From contig OZ024743.1 of the NCBI GenBank assembly GCA_964016885.1, positions 62,620,001 to 62,684,000 on the forward strand: DNA of 64,000 nucleotides. The letters run 5' to 3'. This stretch comes from Eledone cirrhosa. Its lineage: Eukaryota. Under the pieces are notes generated by a model. That model did no database searches. It saw only the letters and a list, made by a program, of their open reading frames with translations, and had not been told where the DNA came from. A program made the position numbers and the translations under genes. Positions 15,001-26,769 of this stretch are shown here, one piece after another; within the stretch, counting starts at the first letter, position 1; each line of letters begins with the position of its first letter.

Positions 15001-18000
15001 GCTAATACAGCAGGGAACATCATAATATTAACGACAATATGTAGGCTAAAATACCTTCGTAGATTAGATGGATGGCTGGAAAAATTGGAATCAGCTCTAG
15101 TGATACATTTTAGCAGAGAAGAATGGGAAAGTGTCTTATCTCTTCAATATTTTCAGATTGAATGAATTAGGTTAAAGACAGGGGAGTAGCCTTAAAGAAG
15201 TGCATAGAGAGGGTGGGGGTAGGAACTGAGGGTCGCATGGTAAATAACTGAGAGAGATACAATAGGATTAGAATACCGCATGGTAAATATCCAAGTTAAT
15301 ACTACATCAGTAAAATTAACAATAATAACGTCATGAAAAACTACTAAGAGAAACCCTCGAAAATTTATTGCTAATACAGCAGGGAAAATTTAACGCTAAT
15401 ACAGCAGGGAACATCATAATATTAACGACAATATGTAGGCTAAAATACCTTCGTAGATTAGATGGATGGCTGGAAAAATTGGAATCAGCTCTAGTGATAC
15501 ATTTTAGCAGAGAAGAATGGGAAAGTGTCTTATCTCTTCAATATTTTCAGATTGAATGAATTAGGTTAAAGACAGGGTAGTAGCCTTAAAGAAGTGCATA
15601 GAGAGGGGGGTAGGAACTGAGGGTCGCATGGTAAATAACTGAGAGAGATACAATAGGATTAGAATACCGCATGGTAAATATCCAAGTTAATAAGTTAATA
15701 CTACATCAGTAAAATTAACAATAATAACGTCATGAAAAACTACTAAGAGAAACCCTCGAAAATTTATTGCTAATACAGCAGGGAAAATTTAACGCTAATA
15801 CAGCAGGGAACATCATAATATTAACGACAATATGTAGGCTAAAATACCTTCGTAGATTAGATGGATGGCTGGAAAAATTGGAATCAGCTCTAGTGATACA
15901 TTTCAGCAGAGAAGAATGGGAAAGTGTCTTATCTCTTCAATATTTTCAGATTGAATGAATTAGGTTAAAGACAGGGTAGTAGCCTTAAAGAAGTGCATAG
16001 AGAGGGGGGTAGGAACTGAGGGTCGCATGGTAAATAACTGAGAGAGATACAATAGGATTAGAATACCGCATGGTAAATATCCAAGTTAATAAGTTAATAC
16101 TACATCAGTAAAATTAACAATAATAACGTCATGAAAAACTACTAAGAGAAACCCTCGAAAATTTATTGCTAATACAGCAGGGAAAATTTAACGCTAATAC
16201 AGCAGGGAACATCATAATATTAACGACAATATGTAGGCTAAAATACCTTCGTAGATTAGATGGATGGCTGGAAAAATTGGAATCAGCTCTAGTGATACAT
16301 TTTAGCAGAGAAGAATGGGAAAGTGTCTTATCTCTTCAATATTTTCAGATTGAATGAATTAGGTTAAAGACAGGGTAGTAGCCTTAAAGAAGTGCATAGA
16401 GAGGGGGGGTAGGAACTGAGGGTCGCATGGTAAATAACTGAGAGAGATACAATAGGATTAGAATACCGCATGGTAAATATCCAAGTTAATACTACATCAG
16501 TAAAATTAACAATAATAACGTCATGAAAAACTACTAAGAGAAACCCTCGAAAATTTATTGCTAATACAGCAGGGAAAATTTAACGCTAATACAGCAGGGA
16601 ACATCATAATATTAACGACAATATGTAGGCTAAAATACCTTCGTAGATTAGATGGATGGCTGGAAAAATTGGAATCAGCTCTAGTGATACATTTTAGCAG
16701 AGAAGAATGGGAAAGTGTCTTATCTCTTCAATATTTTCGGATTGAATGAATTAGGTTAAAGACAGGGTAGTAGCCTTAAAGAAGTGCATAGAGAGGGGGG
16801 TAGGAACTGAGGGTCGCATGGTAAATAACTGAGAGAGATACAATAGGATTAGAATACCGCATGGTAAATATCCAAGTTAATAAGTTAATACTACATCAGT
16901 AAAATTAACAATAATAACGTCATGAAAAACTACTAAGAGAAACCCTCGAAAATGTATTGCTAATACAGCAGGGAAAATTTAACGCTAATACAGCAGGGAA
17001 AATCATAATATTAACGACAATATGTAGGCTAAAATACCTTCGTAGATTAGATGGAGGGCTGGAAAAATTGGAATCAGCTCTAGTGATACATTTTAGCAGA
17101 GAAGAATGGGAAAGTGTCTTATCTCTTCAATATTTTCAGATTGAATGAATTAGGTTAAAGACAGGGTAGTAGCCTTAAAGAAGTGCATAGAGAGGGGGGT
17201 AGGAACTGAGGGTCGCATGGTAAATAACTGGGAGAGATACAATAGGATTAGAATACCGCATGGTAAATATCCAAGTTAATAAGTTAATACTACATCAGTA
17301 AAATTAACAATAATAACGTCATGAAAAACTACTAAGAGAAACCCTCGAAAATTTATTGCTAATACAGCAGGGAAAATTTAACGCTAATACAGCAGGGAAC
17401 ATCATAATATTAACGACAATATGTAGGCTAAAATACCTTCGTAGATTAGATGGATGGCTGGAAAAATTGGAATCAGCTCTAGTGATACATTTTAGCAGAG
17501 AAGAATGGGAAAGTGTCTTATCTCTTCAATATTTTCAGATTGAATGAATTAGGTTAAAGACAGGGTAGTAGCCTTAAAGAAGTGCATAGAGAGGGGGGTA
17601 GGAACTGAGGGTCGCATGGTAAATAACTGAGAGAGATACAATAGGATTAGAATACCGCATGGTAAATATCCAAGTTAATAAGTTAATACTACATCAGTAA
17701 AATTAACAATAATAACGTCATGAAAAACTACTAAGAGAAACCCTCGAAAATTTATCGCTAATACAGCAGGGAAAATTTAACGCTAATACAGCAGGGAACA
17801 TCATAATATTAACGACAATATGTAGGCTAAAATACCTTCGTAGATTAGATGGATGGCTGGAAAAATTGGAATCAGCTCTAGTGATACATTTTAGCAGAGA
17901 AGAATGGGAAAGTGTCTTATCTCTTCAATATTTTCAGATTGAATGAATTAGGTTAAAGACAGGGGAGTAGCCTTAAAGAAGTGCATAGAGAGGGTGGGGG

Positions 18001-20387
18001 TAGGAACTGAGGGTCGCATGGTAAATAACTGAGAGAGATACAATAGGATTAGAATACCGCATGGTAAATATCCAAGTTAATACTACATCAGTAAAATTAA
18101 CAATAATAACGTCATGAAAAGCTACTAAGAGAAACCCTCGAAAATTTATTGCTAATACAGCAGGGAAAATTTAACGCTAATACAGCAGGGAACATCATAA
18201 TATTAACGACAATATGTAGGCTAAATTACCTTCGTAGATTAGATGGATGGCTGGAAAAATTGGAATCAGCTCTAGTGATACATTTTAGCAGAGAAGAATG
18301 GGAAAGTGTCTTATCTCTTCAATATTTTCAGATTGAATGAATTAGGTTAAAGACAGGGTAGTAGCCTTAAAGAAGTGCATAGAGAGGGGGGTAGGAACTG
18401 AGGGTCGCATGGTAAATAACTGAGAGAGATACAATAGGATTAGAATACCGCATGGTAAATATCCAAGTTAATACTACATCAGTAAAATTAACAATAATAA
18501 CGTCATGAAAAACTACTAAGAGAAACCCTCGAAAATTTATTGCTAATACAGCAGGGAAAATTTAACGCTAATACAGCAGGGAACATCATAATATTCACGA
18601 CAATATGTAGGCTAAAATACCTTCGTAGATTAGATGGATGGCTGGAAAAATTGGAATCAGCTCTAGTGATACACTTTAGCAGAGAAGAATGGGAAAGTGT
18701 CTTATCTCTTCAATATTTTCAGATTGAATGAATTAGGTTAAAGACAGGGTAGTAGCCTTAAAGAAGTGCATAGAGAGGGGGGGTAGGAACTGAGGGTCGC
18801 ATGGTAAATAACTGAGAGAGATACAATAGGATTAGAATACCGCATGGTAAATATCCAAGTTAATAAGTTAATACTACATCAGTAAAATTAACAATAATAA
18901 CGTCATGAAAAACTACTAAGAGAAACCCTCGAAAATTTATCGCTAATACAGCAGGGAAAATTTAACGCTAATACAGCAGGGAACATCATAATATTAACGA
19001 CAATATGTAGGCTAAAATACCTTCGTAGATTAGATGGATGGCTGGAAAAATTGGAATCAGCTCTAGTGATACATTTTAGCAGAGAAGAATGGCAAAGTGT
19101 CTTATCTCTTCAATATTTTCAGATTGAATGAATTAGGTTAAAGACAGGGTAGTAGCCTTAAATAAGTGCATAGAGAGGGGGGGTAGGAACTGAGGGTCGC
19201 ATGGTAAATAACTGAGAGAGATACAATAGGATTAGAATACCGCATGGTAAATATCCAAGTTAATACTACATCAGTAAAATTAACAATAATAACGTCATGA
19301 AAAACTACTAAGAGAAACCCTCGAAAATTTATTGCTAATACAGCAGGGAAAATTTAACGCTAATACAGCAGGGAACATCATAATATTAACGACAATATGT
19401 AGGCTAAAATACCTTCGTAGATTAGATGGATGGCTGGAAAAATTGGAATCAGCTCTAGTGATACATTTTAGCAGAGAAGAATGGGAAAGTGTCTTATCTC
19501 TTCAATATTTTCAGATTGAATGAATTAGGTTAAAGACAGGGTAGTAGCCTTAAAGAAGTGCATAGAGAGGGGGGTATGAACTGAGGGTCGCATGGTAAAT
19601 AACTGAGAGAGATACAATAGGATTAGAATACCGCATGGTAAATATCCAAGTTAATAAGTTAATACTACATCAGTAAAATTAACAATAATAACGTCATGAA
19701 AAACTACTAAGAGAAACCCTCGAAAATTTATTGCTAATACAGCAGGGAAAATTTAACGCTAATACAGCAGGGAAAATCATAATATTAACGACAATATGTA
19801 GGCTAAAATACCTTCGTAGATTAGATGGATGGCTGGAAAAATTGGAATCAGCTCTAGTGATACATTTTAGCAGAGAAGAATGGGAAAGTGTCTTATCTCT
19901 TCAATATTTTCAGATTGAATGAATTAGGTTAAAGACAGGGTAGTAGCCTTAAAGAAGTGCATAGAGAGGGGGGGTAGGAACTGAGGGTCGCATGGTAAAT
20001 ACCTGAGAGAGATACAATACGATCAGAATACCGCATGGTAAATATCCAAGTTAATAAGTTAATACTACATCAGTAAAATTAACAATAATAACGTCATGAA
20101 AAACTACTAAGAGAAACCCTCGAAAATTTATCGCTAATACAGCAGGGAAAATTTAACGCTAATACATCAGGGAACATCATAATATTAACGACAATATGTA
20201 GGCTAAATTACCTTCGTAGATTAGATGGATGGCTGGAAAAATTGGAATCAGCTCTAGTGATACATTTTAGCAGAGAAGAATGGGAAAGTGTCTTATCTCT
20301 TCAATATTTTCAGATTGAATGAATTAGGTTAAAGACAGGGTAGTAGCCTTAAAGAAGTGCATAGAGAGGGGGGTAGGAACTGAGGGT
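1..20387. repeat. Satellite array, ~391-401-bp monomer, ~51.5 copies, open at the left window edge
   Basis: The same monomer recurs every 391-401 bp (starts at 316, 707, 1107, 1501 ... 19731, 20130). Length varies with a G-run, an optional aagttaat duplication and an optional aac. Internal subrepeats are gctaatacagcagggaa x2 and cgcatggtaaata x2. Confidence 0.99.
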
Positions 20388-20389
20388 AG

Positions 20390-20480
20390 TTTCCCTGCTG
20401 TATTAGCGATAAATTTTCGAGGGTTTCATTTAGTAGTTTTTCATGACGTTATTATTGTTAATTTTACTGATGTAGTATTA
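20390..20480 (-). repeat. Inverted partial satellite monomer terminating the array
   Basis: tttccctgctgtattagcgataaattttcgaggg...actgatgtagtatta is the reverse complement of the monomer segment taatactacatcagt...cagcagggaaa. Confidence 0.97.
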
Positions 20481-20484
20481 TATG

Positions 20485-20515
<31 letters not shown>

Positions 20516-20575
20516 TTATATATATATATTTATATATATATATGTATATATATATATATTTATTATATATATATG

Positions 20576-20608
<33 letters not shown>

Positions 20609-20637
20609 TTATATATATATATGTATATATATATATG

Positions 20638-20668
<31 letters not shown>

Positions 20669-20697
20669 TTATATATATATATGTATATATATATATG

Positions 20698-20728
<31 letters not shown>

Positions 20729-20763
20729 TTATATATATATATGTATATATATATATGTATATA

Positions 20764-20808
<45 letters not shown>

Positions 20809-20837
20809 GTATATATATATATTTATATATATATATT

Positions 20838-20908
<71 letters not shown>

Positions 20909-20929
20909 GTATATATATATATATGTATA

Positions 20930-21012
<83 letters not shown>

Positions 21013-21016
21013 GTAT
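20481..21016. repeat. Long interrupted (TA)n microsatellite
   Basis: TA dinucleotide run with periodic TG/TT interruptions. Confidence 0.99.
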
Positions 21017-21153
21017 TAGAAAGTGAGGTTTTTTTTACAAAATGAAAAATAACCGAGGTGTCCTACACGAGTGAAAGTATAAAGAAAAAGAGATGAAATC
21101 GAAAATGCAACTGGAGTCCTATTTTTTTTTTAAATATATATATTTATTTGGTT

Positions 21154-21191
21154 CCTTTACCGGTTTCGCAGTTCTTCTGCTTTTCAAATGG
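21154..21191 (-). ncRNA. Minimal type I hammerhead ribozyme, U3-A8 core variant
   Basis: The minus strand reads ccat-UUGAAAA-gcag(aagaa)ctgc-GAAA-ccgg-UA-aagg. Stem II is 4 bp, stem III is the palindrome accggt, the triplet is GUA, and stem I has one mismatch. Confidence 0.65.
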
Positions 21192-21249
21192 TGAGTTGAG
21201 ATGAAGGGTCTGTGGTTTTTCTGAAAAACTCATTCCACTGCAAAGTGGT

Positions 21250-21413
21250 CGTGGAGGTGCCACGGCAAAAAAGCACCCAGCACTCACTGTAAATGAGGTT
21301 GGTGTTAGGAAGGGCATCCAGCTGTAGAAATCAAGCCAGAATCAGTTCCCGTCCCACCCTTGCAAGCAGGGAAAAAGCGGACGTAAAATGAAATGATGAT
21401 GATGATGATGATG
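21250..21413 (+). mobile_element. RTE LINE 3' tail fragment ending in (GAT)n
   Basis: Contains ggtgttaggaagggcatccagctgtagaaa and a (gat)n tail, matching the 3' UTR of the RTE at 51319-53390. Confidence 0.75.
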
Positions 21414-21773
21414 AGAAAGAACATAATTATTATATATATATATATAAAAAAATAAATATTGTATATATAAAAAAAATTATATTGTAAAAATAAAAATAAA
21501 AATAAAAATAAAAATGAAAATAAAAAGTTGGGAATACGACAAATAATAAATAAAAAAATATATATTTAGGAAAGGGTATAAATGCTTATAGCAGATTTAG
21601 AGCACTCAACAAGTTCCTGGAGTAAAAGATCAATGAAAAAATCATTAAATCGTATATAATGATGCATATACATACACCCTTATACATATATACATATACA
21701 TACATATATATACATACACACACACAGACACACAAAAACACAACCACAGAAATACACATACACATACAATTAC

Positions 21774-21814
<41 letters not shown>

Positions 21815-21815
21815 T

Positions 21816-21866
21816 AGGAAAAAGTCTGACCCCACGGCAGAGCTCAAGCCTTTTCTGAGGCTATTA
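21816..21866 (-). mobile_element. Remnant of the hammerhead-element family seen at 34844 and 49664
   Basis: taggaaaaagtctgaccccacggcagagctcaagcc matches the terminal arm at 34844-34880 and lies between TA/CA tracts. Confidence 0.75.
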
Positions 21867-22558
21867 TATATATACACACAACCATTATATAAAAAAATAC
21901 ATATACATGCACAAATATACACACGCCCATACACACACATTAAATCTATATATACACACATACATACATACACATATATACATACACACATATATATATA
22001 TATATACACACATATATACACACATACATACATACATATAAATGTATAGACACACGCGCACAAATACAACAGAAATATATAATATATACGATTATATATA
22101 CATATATAAACATACATACACACACATATATATACATACACATATCCATACACACACACATATACATACACACATATACATATATATATATACATATATA
22201 CACACATACATACATATACGCCACACAAAAAAAAATGAATATCTAAAAATTAAAAATAAAAATAAAAAAATAAAAAATATAAAAAATAAAAACTATAAAA
22301 ATAAAAAAAAATGTTGGTATGTGAAGGGTAAGGCAAAAAAATAGGAGGGAATTTTGATGATTGAAAGCAAAATTTTTTTGCTTTTAAGAAACCACTGGTA
22401 AATGAAATAATTGCCTTATGTTGTTTATTACATAACTATTAAGTTCTGTTACCTACATAGAGCACTCTTTTTTCCTGGACTTTTCCGACGGAATTACTTC
22501 ATTTACACACACACATATATATATATATACATATGTATATATATATATATATGTATAC

Positions 22559-22608
<50 letters not shown>

Positions 22609-22896
22609 GTATATATATGTAAACGGAAAAAATGAAACGAAATTTCATTTCTCACTCTTAGTACGGCTGTTACTTAAATATAAGTATGTATACGTACATA
22701 CATATATGTATACAGACATACAGTGGTATGTATATATATATATATATATACATGCACACATATATATATTGTACATATGGATTCACCGAACATTTATTAT
22801 AATGCTCGGTGTGTTTGTAAACAAACATCCTGAATTAAGCCGTACAATGTCTAGCAACCATCGTTGCTCATTTGTTCAACACTGACAAAGGAACGC

Positions 22897-22942
22897 TGTA
22901 CTAGTTTCAAGCTTATTAGCTAATAAGCTTGAAACTAGTACA
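22897..22942. repeat. Perfect 46-bp palindrome carrying a hammerhead 3' half (GAAA-ctag-UA), abutting (TA)n
   Basis: tgtactagtttcaagcttattag|ctaataagcttgaaactagtaca is self-complementary. Confidence 0.85.
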
Positions 22943-22954
22943 TATATATATATA

Positions 22955-23530
22955 GATGAAATTAGAACAGACTCAGCTGCTGGACCTGATGGATTCTCAG
23001 CAGTTCTCTTAAAAACATGTAAGCGGGCCTTAGCAACTCCACTGAAGATGCTTTTCAGAAGCTTCTTGGCTAGCGGTGTACTACCCAGGGAGCTGAAAGA
23101 AGGCACAATATGCCCTATCCATAAAGGTGGTAGCAGAGCGGAGGCCAAAAACTATAGGCCAGTCTCCCTGACGTCGCATATCAGTAAGGTCATGGAGCGA
23201 GTCGTCAGAAAGAAACTGATCACTTTCCTCGAGGAAAATGACCGCCTGACTAGCACGCAGCATGGCTTCCGCCCAGGAAGAAGCTGCCTTACACAGCTGC
23301 TACATCACTACGACTGGGTACTGAAACAACTACTAGACAGCTCACATGTGGACGTGATATATCTTGACTTTGCGAAGGCCTTTGACAAGGTCGACCACGG
23401 AATGATATGTCACAAACTACACGGACTCGGCATAACTGGAAAAGTAGGTGAGTGGCTGCAAGACTTCCTAAAGGACAGAAGCCAGACAGTCGCAGCAAAT
23501 GGGGCCCTCTGAAAGGAAACACCAATAACA
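22955..23530 (+). mobile_element. CR1/L2 (Jockey-group) LINE reverse transcriptase fragment
   Basis: Motifs AGPDG, PIHKGG, NYRPVSLTS, QHGFRPGRSC and YLDFAKAFDKVDH. Truncated at both ends. Confidence 0.9.
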
Positions 23531-23531
23531 A

Positions 23532-24632
23532 GTGCGCTATTACTTTTTCTGTGACCTTCATGACTTGGTCAATTAATTTAATGCCTCTATAGTTTCCCCT
23601 ATCTAGGGCATCTCCTTTACCCTTGTAGCAGTTAATGATGATGCTGCTACGCCAGTCCTTTGGTACGCCCCATTCTGTATAACTTGGTTTACTATCCGGG
23701 TGACCATGGTGTGTCCCACCGTTCCAGATGCTTTCAGCATTTCAGCAACTATTTCCGAAGGCCTAGCCGCCTTTCCTGTCTTCATATCTTTAATTACCTT
23801 ACTTATTATACTACATTCAACTTGCACTGCTGGTCCCTCTATTGGATCGATGTGGGGGAGACTGTCTTTCTCCCATTTATTCTCCTCATTTAGTAGCCTT
23901 TCGTAGTGACACTTCCAAGCTACGTTCTTATCAGCGTCAGTGATGGCAAGTACACCATCATCATTACTGACACACTTCTCCCCAACAATATCATGGTTCT
24001 CCTTGACACATTGTCTAGCAATCCTGAACACCTACGTTTTTGGTTCTCGCGTTGTAGAACATGCTTGAACTTTCTTTCCTCTGCTTCCCTTCTTGTGAAG
24101 TACACTTGTCTCCTAGCTTCCCTCCTGGCCACTTGATAGTCTTCTCTACTTCCCCCATCCCGCCATATTTTCCAAGCCTGCTTTTTGGCCTTAATTGACT
24201 CCTCCACCTTACTATTCCACCACCACGTTACTCTCCTCCTGCCTATAGGCCTGCTCCAGCCACAGACATCATCTGCCGCCTTCAGCAGGTTAGCTTTCAG
24301 GAATTCCCACTGTTCCTCTATATTGTACGACTCTAATTGCTCTTCCTTACTGTCAAAAGCATCAAGTAATATGCTTTTAAATTTATTACTGGCTGTGGGG
24401 TCCTTTAACTTCCATATTTTTCTCCTAAGGATAGTCCTCTTCTGTTGTCGAATATGTCTCGTCCTGACTATGAGGTCGCTAACTATGAGGCTATGTTGGG
24501 AGGTGCATTCTTCATGGAGGGATTTAGTGTTTACAACAGACACTCTGTCTCGTTTTCTGGTAAGGATATAATCTATCTGACTGGCGTGTTCCCCTAATCT
24601 ATAGGTGATCAAGTGATTGTCTCGTTTTTTGA
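23532..24632 (-). mobile_element. RTE LINE fragment (endonuclease end, linker, RT start)
   Basis: Motifs SQIDYIL, TWWWN and MKTGKA. 23535-23840 closely matches 53085-53390. Frameshifted. Confidence 0.9.
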
Positions 24633-24663
24633 AATGTATATATATGTGTATGTATATATATAT

Positions 24664-24699
<36 letters not shown>

Positions 24700-24703
<4 letters not shown>

Positions 24704-24940
24704 CGGGTAAAATTTGCGAGATCCATGGACGAGTTCTCTCCAGTGGTCTCTGACCCTCATTATCGCTGCCATGACCTGTGTCTCCAACAGACCAGTGTCT
24801 GTCCTTAGGGCATCAACATACGTTAACCTTGGTCTTCCACTTCCAGTGTGTCCATGTAGGGGCTCCCACAGGAGCACTGAGTGCAATGTCAAATCTGGAT
24901 GACAGTGAGCATGTCCAACTAACTTCAGGCTCCTCTGTGT
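24700..24940 (-). mobile_element. RTE/RTEX-type LINE 3' end (second copy at 25322-25476)
   Basis: C-terminal motif VLLWEP..GRPRLTYVDAL..DTGL..RDHWRELV, present twice. Confidence 0.8.
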
Positions 24941-25537
24941 CACTTTTGTATATGTATATATATATGTATATGTATATATATATGTATATATATATATATA
25001 TAATGTATATGTATGTATATATCATCATCATCAACGTTTAACGTCTATCTTCCACGCTAGCATGGGTTTAGATGGGAATTGTCCTACTTGAGACAAGATT
25101 GGTCGGGTGACCATTTCTCGCTCGTATAGGGCACCAATTTATTCGGAGTGGTAGCTCTCCTAGACGGGTTGCCTACACTACGGCTTACGGAGCCTCCATC
25201 CACCGCTTGTCTGCTCTATAATATATTCACCAGGGAGCAGTTATCGTACAGCGTCGGGCATGTATACCAATACATACATCTATATATGTCACATACATAC
25301 ATTTTTTTTTTTTCTATTCTAGGCGGGTAAAATTCCCGAGATCCATGGACGAGTTCTCTCCAGCGGTCTCTGTCCCTCATCATCGTTGCCATGTCCTGCG
25401 TCTCCACCAGACCAGTGTCTGTCCTTAGGGCATCAACATACGTTAACCTTGGTCTTCCTCTTCCAGTGTGTCCATGTATATAAATATGTACAAATCTCAT
25501 GCGAACTGAAAAATTTGGAGATACGAATAATAATAAT

Positions 25538-25647
25538 TGTTTCTACTTTTGGCACAAAGCCAGCAATTACTCAGTGCATTACTGGTACTTTATTCTATCG
25601 ACCCCATACGGATGAAAGGCAAAGTTAACCTTGGCGGGATTTGAACG
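25538..25647 (-). mobile_element. 5'-truncated tRNA-SINE with target-site duplication
   Basis: SINE body flanked by the direct repeat gatacgaataataataat (25520, 25649). Confidence 0.85.
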
Positions 25648-25721
25648 GGATACGAATAATAATAATAAACTTAAACTTATCTCAACGGATTCTCCAAATT
25701 ATGTATCATATTCAACCAAAC

Positions 25722-26452
25722 ATGTCTTTACCATGCTGGCCAGTATGACTGCCTCTAACTGTCTCTACGAAGTCGTCTACTCCCTTCGGAATCCTAACAT
25801 TTTGCCTTGTCTATTATAGGTATTCGTATCGGTTTATTTCGCCGAAATACCCTGAGATGCTATAGGCCATGATGACTACGCTCTCTCTCTCTCTAAGCCA
25901 CCTATCCCCTACCTATTACCTCCCCTTCTCTTCCATTCATCCCTCACTCATCTTGAGGTTCTTGAAGAGATAAGACACACTTGATTCTGAAAGGCTAAAA
26001 TGAATCACTAGAACTGCTAAACCATGTCCTAGCCATCCATATATGTCTTTCACCTATCCCTCTATTTCCCAATTGCAACTGTTCCACTCACACTATTATT
26101 AGTATTATTGTTGTATTTATCATTTCACTAGCCTCCACAACACATATTTATTTTTTTACCCTCGTTTTTTCCCATGCTGGCCAGTATGACTGTCTCTGCG
26201 AAGTCATCTACTCCCTTCCTCTCTCTTACATTATTATTATTGTTGTATTTATCATTTCGCTGGCCCCTTCACAACACATATTTATTCTTTACCCTTGTCT
26301 TTACCATGCTGGTCAGTATGACTGTCTCTAACTGTCTCTACGAAGTCGTCTACTCCCTTCGAAATCCTAAGATTTTGCCTTGTCTAATATAGGTACTCGT
26401 ATCGGTTTATTTCGCTGAAATACGCTGAGATGCTATAGGCCATGATGGCTAC
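25722..26452 (+). mobile_element. Non-coding element with ~155-bp terminal direct repeats (period ~573 bp), related to the satellite monomer
   Basis: tgtctttaccatgctgg...gctataggccatgatg occurs at ~25723 and ~26296. The internal segment 25962-26040 matches the satellite minus strand in three blocks. Confidence 0.7.
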
Positions 26453-26769
26453 CTATCTCACAACCCCCCCCCCCCCTCACACCAATCAAATCTCAGCATC
26501 CCCACCCCACCCATCACCAACCCCAACAAACTCTGCCATTACTACTACTACCTCTCTCCTCACCCATCCCAGCCCCAACAAACCCTGCCATTATTACCAC
26601 CACCACTGTTCTTCTAGCCCTGAATTCTTCTACCCTTATGTATGGATGAGCTGAAAATAAATGGAACAACCCCGAATTAATAAATGAAAATGAATATGAA
26701 TCCGCGAGCTACCAAGCACCCATGCGAAGCTTCAATTCAGAGACAGGAAGCATAGACACACCCCTGCAA

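Noticed and set aside
316-19922. 44 copies of a 63-aa ORF as a tandem gene family
   Set aside because: The ORF starts at TTG, the start is lost in several units, it has no recognisable domain, and the variants show no evident synonymous bias. It is a by-product of the repeat.
1-20387. CRISPR array, or rRNA/5S/snRNA cluster
   Set aside because: There are no unique spacers and no recognisable rRNA, tRNA or snRNA sequence, and the context is eukaryotic.
20482-22885. Tyr/Ile- and Val/Cys-rich ORFs
   Set aside because: These are translations of TA/CA microsatellites.
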